This document shows positions 47,785-60,994 of a stretch of DNA of 64,000 nucleotides, one piece after another. The DNA is from Mustelus asterias (taxonomy: Eukaryota). The stretch's first letter is position 1. Each line of letters begins with the position of its first letter. The translations under genes and the position numbers were made by a program. The DNA is taken from the NCBI RefSeq assembly GCF_964213995.1, contig NW_027590154.1:1054001-1118000 (forward strand), read 5' to 3'. The notes under the pieces are model-generated. The model searched no databases, was not told the DNA's origin, and saw only the letters and a list, made by a program, of their open reading frames with translations.

Positions 47785-50147
47785 AAGATTTTGAAGACAT
47801 CGGTGAGGCTACACTTGGAATGCTGTGTACAGTTCTGGTCACCCTATTATAGAACGGATATTATTAAACTAGAAAGAATGCAGAAAAGTTTTACTAGAAT
47901 GCTACGAGGCCTTGATGGTTTGAGTTGTAGGGAGAGGCTGGATAGACTGGGACTTTTTCTCCGGAGCGTAGGAGGCTTGGGGGGAATCTTATAGAAGTCT
48001 ATAAAATAATGAGGTGCATAGATCAGCTCGATAGTCAAGATATTTTCCCAATGGTAGAGGAGTCTAAAACGAGAGGGCATAGGTTTAAGATGAGAGTGGA
48101 GAGATACAAAATGGTTCAGAGGGGATATTGTTTCACACAGAGTGTGGCAAGTGTCTGGAACAGGCTGCCAGAGGTAGTGGTAGAGGCGGGTACAATTTTG
48201 TCTTTTAAAAAGGGTTTAGACAGTTACATGGGTAGGATAGGTACAGAGGGTTATGGGCCAAACGCGGGAAATTGGGACAAGCTTAACGGTTAATAAAAAG
48301 GGCGGTATGGACAAGTAGGGCCGAAATGCTTGTGTCCATGCTCTCAACCTCTATGACTCTATGACTCGAGTCACCATCAGCAGATGGAAAAAAAATCAGA
48401 CTGCTCTTAGTTCATTTGTTCCCGATATCTCGGGGATTGAATTCACCGAGAAAATCTGGAAGGACTAAAGGTTGTCGCACAGCATAAAGGTCAAGCACAG
48501 CATTAAAGCAAAAGTTAAAGCATACAAAGCGGCAAAGATTAGTGGGAAGCCAGAGGATTGGGACGTATTTATAAGCGAGCAGAGGACAACTAAAAAAGCA
48601 ATAAGGGGGGAGAAGATGCAATATGAGTGTAAGCTAGCTAGTAATATCAAATAAGACAGGGAGAGTTCTTTTCAATCTAAAAAAAGGTAAGAAAGATGCA
48701 AACATTGACATTGGACCACTGGAAAATTAGACTGGAGAAGTAATAATAGGAAACAAAGCAATGGCAGAGGAACTGAACAGTTACTTTGCATCAGTCTTCA
48801 TTATTAAAGATGAGATCGCAGAGTACATGGAAGGGCATGATAAAGTAGGACTGAGTCAGCACAGCTTTGTGAAGGGGAGGTAATATCTGACAAATCTGTT
48901 AGAGTTATGTGAGGAGGTAGCAAGGAAGTTAGATAAATGAGAGCCAGTGGACATGATTTATTTAGATTTCCAGAAGGCCTTTGACAAGGTGCCGAAAAAG
49001 AGACTGTTAAATAAGTTAAGTGCACATGGTGTTAAGGGTAAGATCCTATCATGGATAGAGGAGTGGTTGATTAGCAAAAGGCAGAGAGTGGGAATAAAGG
49101 GGTCTTTCTCAGGATGGCAGCTGGTGACTAGTGGTGTGCCTCAGGGGTCAGTGCTGGGACCACAACTTTTCACAGCATGCATTAACGATTTGGAGGAAGG
49201 AACTGAAGGCACTGTTGCTAAGGTTGCAGATGATACAAAGATATGTAGAGGGACAGGTAGTATTGAGGAAGCAGGGGGGCTGCAGAAGGGCTTGGACAGG
49301 TTAGCAGAGTCGGCAAAGATGTGGCAGCTGGAATACAATTTGGAAAAGTGTGAGGTTATGCTCTTGGAAGGAGGAATGGAGGCATAGACTATTTTCTAAA
49401 TGGGAAAATGCTGAGGAAATCAAAAATACGAAGGGACTTGGGAGTCATTGTTCAAGATTCTCTTAAGGTTAAAGTGCAGGTTCAGGAAGGCAAATGCAAT
49501 GTTAGCATTCATGTCGAGAGGGCGAGAATACAAGAGCAGGGATGTACTTCTGAGGCTGTACAAGGCTCTGGTCAGACCCAATTGGAGTATTGTGAGCAGT
49601 TTTGGGCCCCATATCTAAGGAAGGATGTGCTGGCCATGGAAAGGGTCCAGTGGAGTTTCACAAGAATGATTCCTGGAATGAAGAGCTTGCTGTATGAGGA
49701 ACGGTTGAGTCCTCTGGATCTGTACTCGTTGGAGTTTTGAAAGATGAGGGGAGATCTTATTGAATCTTTCAGGATACTGCGAGGCCTGGATGGAGTGGGC
49801 ATGGAGAGGATGTTTCCACTCGTAGGAAAAACTAGAACCAGAGGGCACAACCTCAGACTAAAGGGACGATCGTTTAAAACAGAGCTGAGGATGAATTTCT
49901 TCAGCCAGAGTGTGGTGGACCTGTGGATCTCTTGCCGTAGAAGGTTGGAGGCCAGGTCATTGGGTGTTTTTAAGACAGAGATAGATGGGTTTGCGATTAA
50001 TAAGAGGATCAGTGGTTATGGGGAAAAGGCAAGAGAATATGGATGAGAAAAATATCAGCCATCATTGAATGGCGGGAGCAGACTCGATGGACCAAGTGGC
50101 CTCATTCTGCTCCTATTTCTTATGTCTTATGGACTTATGGTCTTATA
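47785..50147 (+). mobile_element. Two CR1 fragments (47785-48367; 48455-50147)
   Basis: RT ORFs 47776-, 48009-, 48947-49387, 49408- and 49744-; microsatellite tails. Confidence 0.92.
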
Positions 50148-51961
50148 TACTGACACACTTGGAATAAAGGACCTGCTTCGATTTTTGAAGTAATAAATCA
50201 CAAATATGCGAATGTAGAACAGCAAATTTTAGGACCAGCTATCGTCCCATCCATCCGTCCACTCTCTGATTTCTCAAGCAAAACATTCAGGCATCCAACT
50301 ATTGTTCATCCCTGCATCAACGCAAGTATTCCTTTATTGCTGGGTAGATGGTGGCGTAATATTAATGCCAGTGTACCAGTAATCCAGAAGCCCAGGCCAA
50401 TGATGTGGAGACACGAGATTAAATCCGACCGTGGCAGCTGGTGGAATTTGAATTCAATCAATAAATCTGGAATACATACTGACAGCGACCAGATAAACCT
50501 CTCTGATTCCCCAGTGAAGGAAATCTGCCATCCCTACCTGGTCTCATCAGGATGTGACTGCAGACGGACAGCAATATAATTAACTGGGCAATGCCTTCTG
50601 AGATGCCCTAGCTTAACACTCAGTTCAAGAGAAATTAGGCAAAGGGAATAAATGTTGGCCTTTCCAGAGATTCTCACGTCTCATGGAAGAATGAAGTGAA
50701 AGAAAACACAAGCATACATGTTTATCTAGTATAAAATATATCACCTCTTTGAATCAACTCTCATAATCTGCCGGTATTTTTTTTAATATCCATCCATCAA
50801 TGTTTTGTTGTGTTGGAGAGACCATCATTGTTGCTAACAAGGTGCCGGAGAAGCTGAATACTTTCTTTTCAGAAGAAATGGGAAACATTCAAAGATGTTT
50901 GCAACTTAAAAATAATTAAATTGCCTCCAGTACTGTTGCTGGGTAGATTTGTTTATAAATAGGCCCCATTGACAATGCTGAGAGTTTGAAGTTGGCTTGC
51001 AGCCAAGTGTTCAGTACTGAGGAAACAGGTTTTTGATTTACTGAACAAACACCCTCAGATGCTTCCTGTAAATATTTTTGGGTATTTGGCAGCAGGCTGG
51101 ACAGTTGCCAAATACTGCGTAGGACCGATTAACGTGAATCTGTAAGGATAACATGGGACTTCGTCAGTTATACAATAAATGTTTTATTCCCAAAAGGAAG
51201 GCACATTTTAAATGGTTTTTCTTCGAAGCAAATATTTTAAATGAATGCACTTTTCATGATGTGATTAAAAAGTATCAGAAACTAGTCAATTGACTTGATG
51301 CTATTTCATTTGCATCGCTTCCAAAGAAATGTCCTTCCAACAATTAAAGCCTCTTTATGAACAACTTATGCTGATGTCCCCAATCCCTCAGTCCCATGAG
51401 ATCAGTGAAAAGGCACAAAAATGAAAATAATTAAAAGTAAAACAAAATCATATATCTGCCTTGAACAGCAGGGATTTCTGGAATATTCTCAATGTTCTGC
51501 TCCTCATTAAAAACTTATATCTGATGTATAACATGTTCTGTTGTCCAGCATAATCTGATTTCAATTTTTTAACAGTCCCTCTCATAACTGCCAATGAGTG
51601 AAGAAATGACCAGTTCATAACCTGGTTCAGTGAAAGATAAAATATTTATTCTTGTGATATTGTGCATTATGCCGCAAAGTCCTGATATCTTATGTTCCCA
51701 ATACCAGCTGCTCGCCAATACAATGATCTGTCATGATTTGGATGCTGAAGGAGAACTTTCCTGATTGCCGTGTCCGTTCGAATTCATTAGCTTCTTTGTC
51801 AAAAGTCAATGTCAATTTTATGTTTCTCTGTCAACTCAATGTTTAATTGTAAGTCAAGAAGTTTTCTTTCACCGTTAATTTTCACAGGGTTAAGGAGCTG
51901 TTGGGGAAATATATGGTGTAACATTGTATCAGAGAAGGAGTTTATTTTGTTAATTTATTCA

Positions 51962-52240
51962 TGGGCGGCACGGTGGCATAGTGGTTACCATTGCTGCTTC
52001 ACAGCATCAGGGACCGTGGTTCAATTCCCGGAATGGGTCACTGTCTGTGTGTAGTCTGCACATTCTCCAATTGTCTGCCTGTTTATTCCCATTGTCCAAA
52101 GATATGCCGATTAGGTTGATTGGCGATGATGAATTGTCCCATAGAATCAAGTGAATTAGCAGGGATGGGAACAGGGCCTGGCTAGGAGCGTTGTCGGTGT
52201 GGGCCCGATATGCTCCTAATGCACTGCAGGGATTCTATGG
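51962..52240 (+). mobile_element. HE1-like V-SINE
   Basis: gggcggcacggtggcatagtggtt...gggattctatg. Confidence 0.85.
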
Positions 52241-53564
52241 ATATGGGTGCCGCTGGCTGATCAATATTTATTGCCCACTCATTGTCGAGGGCAGTTGAGA
52301 GCTAAACACATTGCTGTGGCTCTGTAATCACATGTCGGCCAGATGAGGTAAGGACGGCATATTTCCTGCTTGAAAGGACATTAATGAACCAGATAGGTTT
52401 TTACACATTCGACAATGATATCATGGTCATAAGTAGATTCTTAATTCCAGACGTTTTTACTGAATTTAAATTCCACCATCTGCCGTTCGGGATTCGAAGC
52501 CGGGTCCTGAGAACATTAGTTGAGTTTGTGGATTAATTGTCTAGCGATAATAACGCGAGGCCACTGCTTCCCTTCTTCTTATATCCAGTCCCAAATTACA
52601 ATAATAGCTATCGACACCTGAAACACAATCATCCCAGCATTAAGTTACATAAATCGATAATAATTCTTCTAATGAATTATATTTCGCTGTAAAGTGTTAG
52701 AGACACAGAATTATTGCAAATCAGACTGACATCTTTACCCTGATAAGGTAATGTCATCTGTGTATGTCCATTCCCTTGTGAAGGGGTGACGAAATAAAGG
52801 CACTTAATTTACAATGAAATTGTTTCTTTTCTCTAACAGATGCTCAAATGCAATTTCACTCTTGGACGAGCAGAGACATGACAATGGATTTCACTGTTAC
52901 TCCCTCGGTGTTAGTCTGTCTCTGGAATGTTCCATTGCCAGCAATCAATTCACCAGGAATAATCCTTGGTGTTTTTGATATATTTCATTTGATTTCATTT
53001 GACTTATTATTATCGCACATATTAGTGCACAGTGCAAATTATTGTTTCTTGCTCACGATACAGTCAGAGCATAACGTATATAGCGAAGGAAGGGAGAGAG
53101 TGAATAATGTAATTTTGCAGTCATAGGTGGGGTGTAGCGAAAGATGAACTTAATGCGACGTAGGTCCATTCAAACGTCCGATTGCAGCAGGAGAGAAATT
53201 GTCTTTGAGTCGGTTTATACGTGTCCTCAGACTTTTGTATCTTGTTCCCGATGGAAAAAGGTGAGCGAGTATGTCCGGAGTGCGTGGCGTTTTATTTTCA
53301 TAGGATTTTAGATATTTTTACAAGTGTCGAATCGGAGGTTGTGTTGACTCAGCGAGAGGCAGAAACTGGGCGTCCCTGAAACTCTTTGAGACTGACATGC
53401 AAAGCCAACGCGTTCAATGTTGGCAGTAACTGAATGGTCTGGGTCCGACAGGTCCCTGAACAGTGTTTACAGTGTCTTCCTCAGCACGATAGTCTTGGGT
53501 CAGCCTGCAATTCCTCCGCCCCAGGATTCAGAATCAATTTACTCCACCCGAAGACACTTCAAAC

Positions 53565-53797
53565 AAAGTAAAGAGAAAATGCTGGAAAATCTCAGCAAGT
53601 CTGGCAGCACCTGTAAGGAGAGAGAAGAGCTTACTTTTCGATTAAAGATGACCCTTTGTCAAAACTTTGTCAAAAGGTCATCTGGATTCGATATGTCAGC
53701 TATTTTCTCTCCTCACAGATATTGCCAGGCCTGCTGAGATTTTCCAACATTTTCTCTTTTGGTTTCAATTCCAGAATCCGCAGTAATTTGCTTTTAT
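53565..53797. mobile_element. Palindromic (head-to-head) Penelope-type pLTR element
   Basis: ~100-bp inverted arms meeting at ~53673; TSD ACTTCAAAC at 53556-53564 and 53798-53806. Confidence 0.75.
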
Positions 53798-54544
53798 ACT
53801 TCAAACGAAATCGTCTCTTTGGAAATAACTGAAAACCGAAGATTCCTATCTTTACCCTGTCTGTTCTGCATAGACTCCAATTCCACTCTGATGAAAATGA
53901 CTCTTAGCCACTACTGAAATTGCCGGGCAGGCCATCCAGTTGTATCAAAGCTGCTATGGAAAAACAAATAATAAAATCATCCAGAGGGCAGGTTTCAACA
54001 AGCTGGTTCACAACCGCCTTCTCAGCAGGGACAACTAAATGTTGGCTTTGTCAGTGATGCTCACATCCAGAGGATCAATAACAACAGTGTAAAGTGCTGC
54101 CGACTCTGGAAATCTAAAACTAAAGTAACACAAATGCTACTGAGCAGGTCAGTGTGCATCAGCAGAGAGAGAACCAGATTCACATTTAAAATCGATGCCA
54201 GGATGCAAAATCTCATTGATATAATTCTAAAGAGCAAGGCTGTTCTCCCCAATATCCTACCTTAATACTGATTCTTCAAACAAAATCACAAATTTACTGG
54301 CAATTTATCACACCTCGGTTTGTGGGAGTTTGTTGTACGTACATTACCTGTTGTATTTGCAACATGATAGCAGTGACTAAATTCAGCAAAGGTACATCAG
54401 TGAGTTTTAAGAACTTTGGGACTACATGAGGTCGGGTAAAGGGTTCTATAAATGTAAGCTCTACCAAAATGAAAGTTGTAATACGTTGGAAGTGCTGAGA
54501 GACTAATGCGAATATATTCATTCCTCTGCTGATCATAGCAGCAT

Positions 54545-55020
54545 AGAATCATAGAATCCAGTGCAGTGCAGTAGGAGGCCATTCGGTCCATCAAGTCTGC
54601 AGCTGCTCTCCAGCAGAGCATCCTATCCAGGCCCAGCTTTCACCCTATCCCGACAACCTCACATATTCAGAGGCTAATGTCTCTAACCTACACATCGTTG
54701 CACACTAAGGGGCAATTTAGAATCGCCAATCCACCTTGGGCCTGGGAATGATGCCCTGCTGGACAGCTGGTTCAGACTTGATGAAGCGATGGTCTCCTTC
54801 TGCACTGTAGGGATTCTGTGATTCTACGTTGCTCATCCTTGGACACAAAGGAGCAATTTATCATACCAATCCACCTAACCCGTACATCCTTGGACTGTGG
54901 AAGGAAACCGGAGCACCGGAGGAAACTCACATGGACATGGTAGAATGTGAAAAACCACACATAGTCACCCAAGGTTGGAATCGAACCCGCTTCCCTGTCA
55001 CTGTGAGGCAGCAATGCTAC
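54545..55020. mobile_element. Cluster of HE1 SINE pieces with inverted tails
   Basis: 54545-54735(-), 54736-54826(+), 54835-55020(-). Confidence 0.75.
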
Positions 55021-57630
55021 TTGTATCACTTAGTGATAACCACACTGGATTTTTTATTCTTCCCTCGTGTGAGTCTGATCACTAATTATGACAGGAATAT
55101 TTCACACATCAGTTCTCTTTGTTTTAACTTGTCTAGTTGAAGCAATTTAGATCATCAATCAAATTAACATTCAATGGAATACCAGCCTGTTCACAGATAC
55201 TTTATTTATTGTGACATCAGAATTTTCAGAACAAATTCTTAAATAGAATGTATTTATTCATTTAATTAAATCGCATCTGGTGTAATTTATGTTAAAAAGC
55301 TTTCTATTCTTTTTGAACCAACTGTTAATATTCTTAAAATAACCGCTATTTTGAGTTGAAACGAATGAATCAGTGACGGTTTATCTGTTTTTGCTGCCAT
55401 GAACATTTCATTGTAAACAGTGACGTGCTTATGTAAATAAACACAGAAATAGAAATCCCAGATTAGATTGTTGACTGACGAAAACACAACAAATATTTCC
55501 CCACCAACACAGCACAGAAATAGAGACAAACATGCAAATTGATCAACGGATTCCAGAAATGATTGTTTTTATACATTAGTTATTCATCAATTATATGAAG
55601 AAAAAAAATCATGACAATATCTATGTTCAGAATTAGCAAAGAATCCCTTTGATCCCGAAATGTGATAACACGGCAAATGTGTTCGTGGAAATTCCCTGTG
55701 TTTCATCTCTCTCTCTCTGTCTTTCTCCTTCTGGTTCTGTGTCTTGTCTCTTCACGATAGGTCATCGTCTTCCCTCCACAATCTGAATTCAATGTTGCCC
55801 AATGTATTCTCTCAGCCGGAGTTGTAAGGAATGCAACGCAATGAATTGGAATCCATGAGGGAGATTTACTCTAAAAGATCTCTTGAGCATCTATGATTTT
55901 GGGATATTTTATACATTTTCCTCTGTATCTAACCTGTATTGTACCTCGTAACAAGGATTCGATGTGGCAGTACCAAAGAGATTTTCCCTGTATTTATCCC
56001 TGCCCTTGGACTGTTTGACTGGACAGTGTAGAGGAATATTTAACCTGCATCTAAACTCACGTACCTTCCCTTTGAATATTTGATATTACTTGTAAAGGGA
56101 GATTTAATCCGGATCTAATCTCTGCTGTACCTGACCTGGGTGTATTTTATGGGACTGTGTCGAGGGATCTTCCCCCTCTACCGAACACCAATTCAAACTT
56201 GCCTCCCGATTCTCTGAAGGAAAAATGCAGAAGTGGTTTTACCTAGAAGAGAGTCCCTGGTCTCTCTGCCTTCATTGTGTTTGAGCAGACTTTGTAGAGG
56301 GAGTTTCACTCTGTTTCTAGACAGTCTCCCTTTTCCAGGGATGTTTTATTTTGATAGGGAGAGGGAGGTTCACTTTGTATCTAAATCATGCTATTCCTGA
56401 CTTGGGAGTGTTAAATTTGGCAATGCATGGGGGAACTTTACTGTTAACCCCATATTACTCCTGTCCTGTGATTGTTTGATGGGGCAGTAGGCCGTCTCTC
56501 CAAATTTCATGGAGATTGAACCAGTCTCTTTATTAGACAGTCAGTTTACCCCGTGTCAGCTTCTATTATATAAGGTCATGCCTCGGTTTATGTTGCACTC
56601 GACCCTATCTCTTCACATATTAAACGAGATGCTTTCTCTGATTATACTAAATTAGACCTTGTCCCTGTTTATATTATGCATCAACATGTTTCGGTTTATA
56701 TCAAACTAGACGCTGTATCGGTTTGTATTAATTTAGACCTGTCTGTTTGTATTAAACTAGATGGAGTCTTATTTCTGCACTTGACCCTATCCACGTTTAT
56801 ATTGCATTGGACGTGGTCTCAGTTCTTACTGCACTGGACAATGCCAGTAATGAGGAAAGTGTTTAGGGGGACACAATTCTCTGCATCCTCTTAAACAAGG
56901 AAAAGAAGCAGTGTTATCTGAAATCTACTTCTGCTGACTGCATTGAAAATGGTTACTAAGACCTGTATAGCATGCACTGTCAACACAGAACAAAGAACAA
57001 GAAAATTACTGCAGAGGAACAGGCCCTTCGGCACTGGAAGCCCGCACCGACCAAATACTGTCGATCCAATACTGCCTGTTTCAGAATCCTGCCAGAGACC
57101 ACTGTTTTTCATCCAACATAATATCTCTTCTTCTCGTAGAACCGCGGAGAAATGCAGACATCATTCAAATAGAGGCAACATTAAGCACAGGCATAACACT
57201 AACACAGTCTAGTGAAATATGTACAGGGTCAGGATCAAATATTACTGAACCAGAGAGTGTGGCTATAAACTGATTTCTAGTCTAGCAGTGTATTAACAGA
57301 GACAGACTCTAATTTAACATAAACTGGGTCCTGATCCAGCAAAATAGAAATGGGTTTCTTTCCGAGTGCCATGTGGGGATGGTCAAAGGCCAAATGCTGA
57401 TCTTTTCAGTGACACCCACATCCCATGAAACAAACATTACAAATATATATGACAATGTCGAGGAAAATAAAACTGAGACAGTGTCTAGTGCAGTTTTACT
57501 GGACATAGGAGCTTATGCATATAAACTGAGACAGAGCCCAGTAATTAATGATACAGGACCTAAATTTCTTTAGAGTGAGACGGAGTCAAGTGCATTAGTA
57601 ATAATTACTAATAGATACAGGACAGTGACA

Positions 57631-58170
57631 GATGTAAACTGAGACAGAGTCCAGTGTATTAGTAATGATTACTGATACAGCACCTAGACTGATGTAAACT
57701 GAGACAGAGTCCAGTGTATTAGTAATGATTACTAATACAGCACCTAGACTGATGTAAACTGAGACAGAGTCCAGTGTATTAGTAATGATTACTAATACAG
57801 CACCTAGACTGATGTAAACTGAGACAGAGTCCAGTGTATTAGTAATGATTACTGATACAGCACCTAGACTGATGTAAACTGAGACAGAGTCCAGTGTATT
57901 AGTAATGATTACTGATACAGTACCTAGACTGATGTAAACTGAGACAGAGTCCAGTGTATTAGTAATGATTACTGATACAGCACCTAGACTGATGTAAACT
58001 GAGACAGAGTCCAGTGTATTAGTAATGATTACTGATACAGCACCTAGACTGATGTAAACTGAGACAGAGTCCAGTGTATTAGTAATGATTACTAATACAG
58101 CACCTAGACTGATGTAAACTGAGACAGAGTCCAGTGTATTAGTAATGATTACTGATACAGCACCCAGACT
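57631..58170 (+). repeat. 60-bp minisatellite, 9 near-identical units plus diverged flanking units
   Basis: Unit gatgtaaactgagacagagtccagtgtattagtaatgattact(g/a)atacagcacctagact. Confidence 0.98.
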
Positions 58171-58633
58171 GATGTAAACTGAGACAGAGCCCAGTTTATT
58201 TGTAATAATTACTGGTACAGGGCCTAGACTGATACACACTGAGATACGGACAATGCAGCAATTAGGAGGTATTGCAAAATGCAATTATAGCTCAGACGTG
58301 ATATAGTCTTAAATAAATAAATACATGGACTGGTGCAGCATTAACGCAAACAGGATCGAGTTTCTCAAAATCTAATGAACTATTAGCATAATAACTGTGA
58401 CAGAACCATGTGTCATGCATGAAGCAGTTGCTCCAGTTTAGTATGCAGTGGCTAATGTTCTGAGGCAGTAAGAATCGAGACACGGCCTCTTGTCAGATCA
58501 GCAGAAGCATGGCTCAGTACAGCCATAACTTAGAAATTATAATATAAACAGGGCCTGTGTCTCATATACGAACACCTGATATTGAGCCAAGCGCAGGAAA
58601 TAGCTTAGACATGACCTCCTGGAATATGATCCA

Positions 58634-59326
58634 CGTAAGAAGTCTCACAACACCAGGTTAAAGTCCAACACGTTTATTTGGTAGCAAATACCATAAGCTT
58701 TCGGAGCACTGCTCCTTCGTCGGATGGAGTGGAAATGTGCTCTCAAACAGTGCACAGACACAGAAATCACGTTACAGAATACTAATTAGAATTTGGCTAT
58801 CAGTTTCTGCTCAGCGACTCTGCGCTGTCGTGTGTCGTGAAGGCCGCCTTGGAGAACGCTTACCTGAAGATCCAAGGCTGAATGCCCGTGACTGCTGAAG
58901 TGCTCCCCCACAGGAAGAAACTGATAGCCAAATTCTGTACACATGAGGACGGCCTAAACCGGGATGTTGGATTTATGTCACACTATCAGTAACCCCCATA
59001 GCTTGCCTCCTGGGCTTGCAGAATCTCACGAGCTGTTCTGTCTGGAGACAATACACAACTCTTTAACCTGTGTTTAATGCTCCCTCCACCACATTGCCTG
59101 TACCTTTAAGACCTGGCTGGCTTTAGGGATTCGCATTCTAATTAGTATTCTGTAACTTGATTTCTGTGTCTGTGCACTGTTTGAGAGCAAATTTCCCCTC
59201 CATCTGACGAAGGAGCAGTGCTCCGAAAGCTTATGGTATTTTCTACCAAATAAACCTGTTGGACTTTAACCTGGTGTTGTGAGACTTCTTACTGTGTTCA
59301 CCCCAGTCCAACGCCGGCATCTCCAC
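58634..59326 (+). mobile_element. Penelope-like element 3' end with inverted 5' portion; GIY-YIG C-terminus and hammerhead ribozyme
   Basis: 158-bp inverted arms 58635-58792/59135-59292; minus strand LPVGEHFSSHGHSALDLQVSVLQGGLHDTRQRRVAEQKLIAK continues on plus as KLIAKFCTHEDGLNRDVGFMSHYQ*; TSD ATATGATCCA at 58624-58633 and 59327-59336. Confidence 0.92.
59200..59236 (+). ncRNA. Minimal type I hammerhead ribozyme motif
   Basis: CCAT-CTGACGA-A-GGAGC(AGT)GCTCC-GAAA-GC-TT^ATGG: helix I CCAT/ATGG, intact core, helix II, palindromic AAGCTT in place of helix III. Confidence 0.82.
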
Positions 59327-60994
59327 ATATGATCCAGGCACAGCCTACTGTAATACAGACAGAGGCAGAAGCTAGCTGAATATAGGTAGAGATATGGTAT
59401 GTTTAAAATTGTTGTGATTTTGATGTCACTGGGAAAGTCAGCTTTTGTTGCCAAACCATGAATTCCTTTGAGAATGTGGTGGCAAGCTTTGGGAAGCTGG
59501 TGGGTGGGGTGTTCTTCGAGTCAGCTACTTTCTCCAGAATGACATTGAGCTTTTGAGTGGCACAAGTCAGGCAAGTAGAGAATATTCAATCATCTGTGTC
59601 GGCACAGACTTGGTGGGCCGAAGGGCCTGTTCCCGTGCTTTACTGTTCTGTGATATTTGTTCACACTCCAGCCTTTTGCCTTGTAGATGATGGATAGGAG
59701 TTTGGAATTCAGGAGGTGCGTTGTTCACAACAGAACTCCGAGCGTCTGACCTGCTCCTGTGGCCACATGATTTAAACGTCTGTCTCCGTTCAGATTTTCA
59801 CGAATTATAATTCATAGGATGTTGATAGTGGACGAATTCAGCGATGGGTAATGCCATTTAATGTCATGGGGAGTGGTTTGGAATCTCCCTCATTGGAGAC
59901 TGTCATTGCTTGCCACTTGTTGTGCATTAATGTTCCTTGTCACTCGTTAGCCAAACACTAAATGTTTTCGAAGTCTTACTGCATATGGACACAGACTGTT
60001 TCAGTGTCTGAGGAGCCGCGACTGGTGCTGAACTATGTGCAATCATCAGTGAAAATCCCACTTCTGAAATTTGATGAAGGCTGAAGCTTGGGGCTAGGTC
60101 ACCAACCTGAAGAATTCCTGCAGCAATGCGTGTGACTGGCATGATTGGCCATCAACAATCATCTTCCTTTGTGCTCAGCATGACTCAGGCAGTGGACTCT
60201 GTTCCCCCTGATTCCCATTGACTGCAGTTTCGCTCGGGCTCCTTGATGCCACAAACGGTCAGACGCTGCGTCCATGACAAGGGCAGGCACTCTCTATTCA
60301 CCTTTTTAATTTATTTTTTAAAATCCATATTTGGGCTCTTTCCAAATCATTTCTGGAATCGAGTGCTCCTTGCGGGACCCAAATTGAGCATCTTGGTGTG
60401 TGTGTGTGTTGTGTGAAATACATCGTGTTTGATACAAATTAATTCCACAATGATCACGTGCATCCTTCCATTTACACTACATGACGGACACACAATAAAC
60501 ACATCCAATTCAGATTGGCTTCCTTTACATATGTCACCTTTTCTGATGATTGAGGAGGCCAATTTTTGAAAAGTTAGTTCGGCCACAAGTGCTGCCCATT
60601 AAGCTACTATTCGTCATTGTGTGTTATTGTTTTTGTATCATGAATGGATATTAGGAGCTTTGGTGTAGAACCAGTTATCACCAAAATCCTGTATTCCTTG
60701 CCCTGCTGACGGTGGTGAATGTCTTAGCGAGATTGACCGAAGTACGTTAAGATATGGACATATATGGAACATGGAGAAGTTGTTGGCTGGAGTAAATCTT
60801 CCAATACAATCACTAAACTGCACATCAGATATACCCGGTCTGCAAGCAGATGATGTATTTCAAGTGTGACCCCAGCAAAGAGCTTTCCCGTGATGTTATG
60901 ACTGAGATATGCCTGTAGTTGTAACAGTCTCTTCCATCGGTTTAGTTTGCAAAAAGTGTGATAAATTTGAATCATGCATGTCTTATGGAATGAT

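Larger units (their letters stand above)
36505..51250 (+). repeat. Segmental duplication, copy A
   Basis: Collinear unique-sequence blocks with copy B: 36505-37140/53855-54490; 37200-37900/55120-55850; 38520-38810/56840-57170; 45120-45860/60395-61440; 46900-47780/62300-62760; 50150-51250/62900-64000. Confidence 0.9.

Noticed and set aside
57595-58284. 229-aa repetitive ORF, or a CRISPR-like array
   Set aside because: The frame is open only because the 60-bp period is a multiple of 3. Units are contiguous with no unique spacers, there are no cas genes, and the context is vertebrate.
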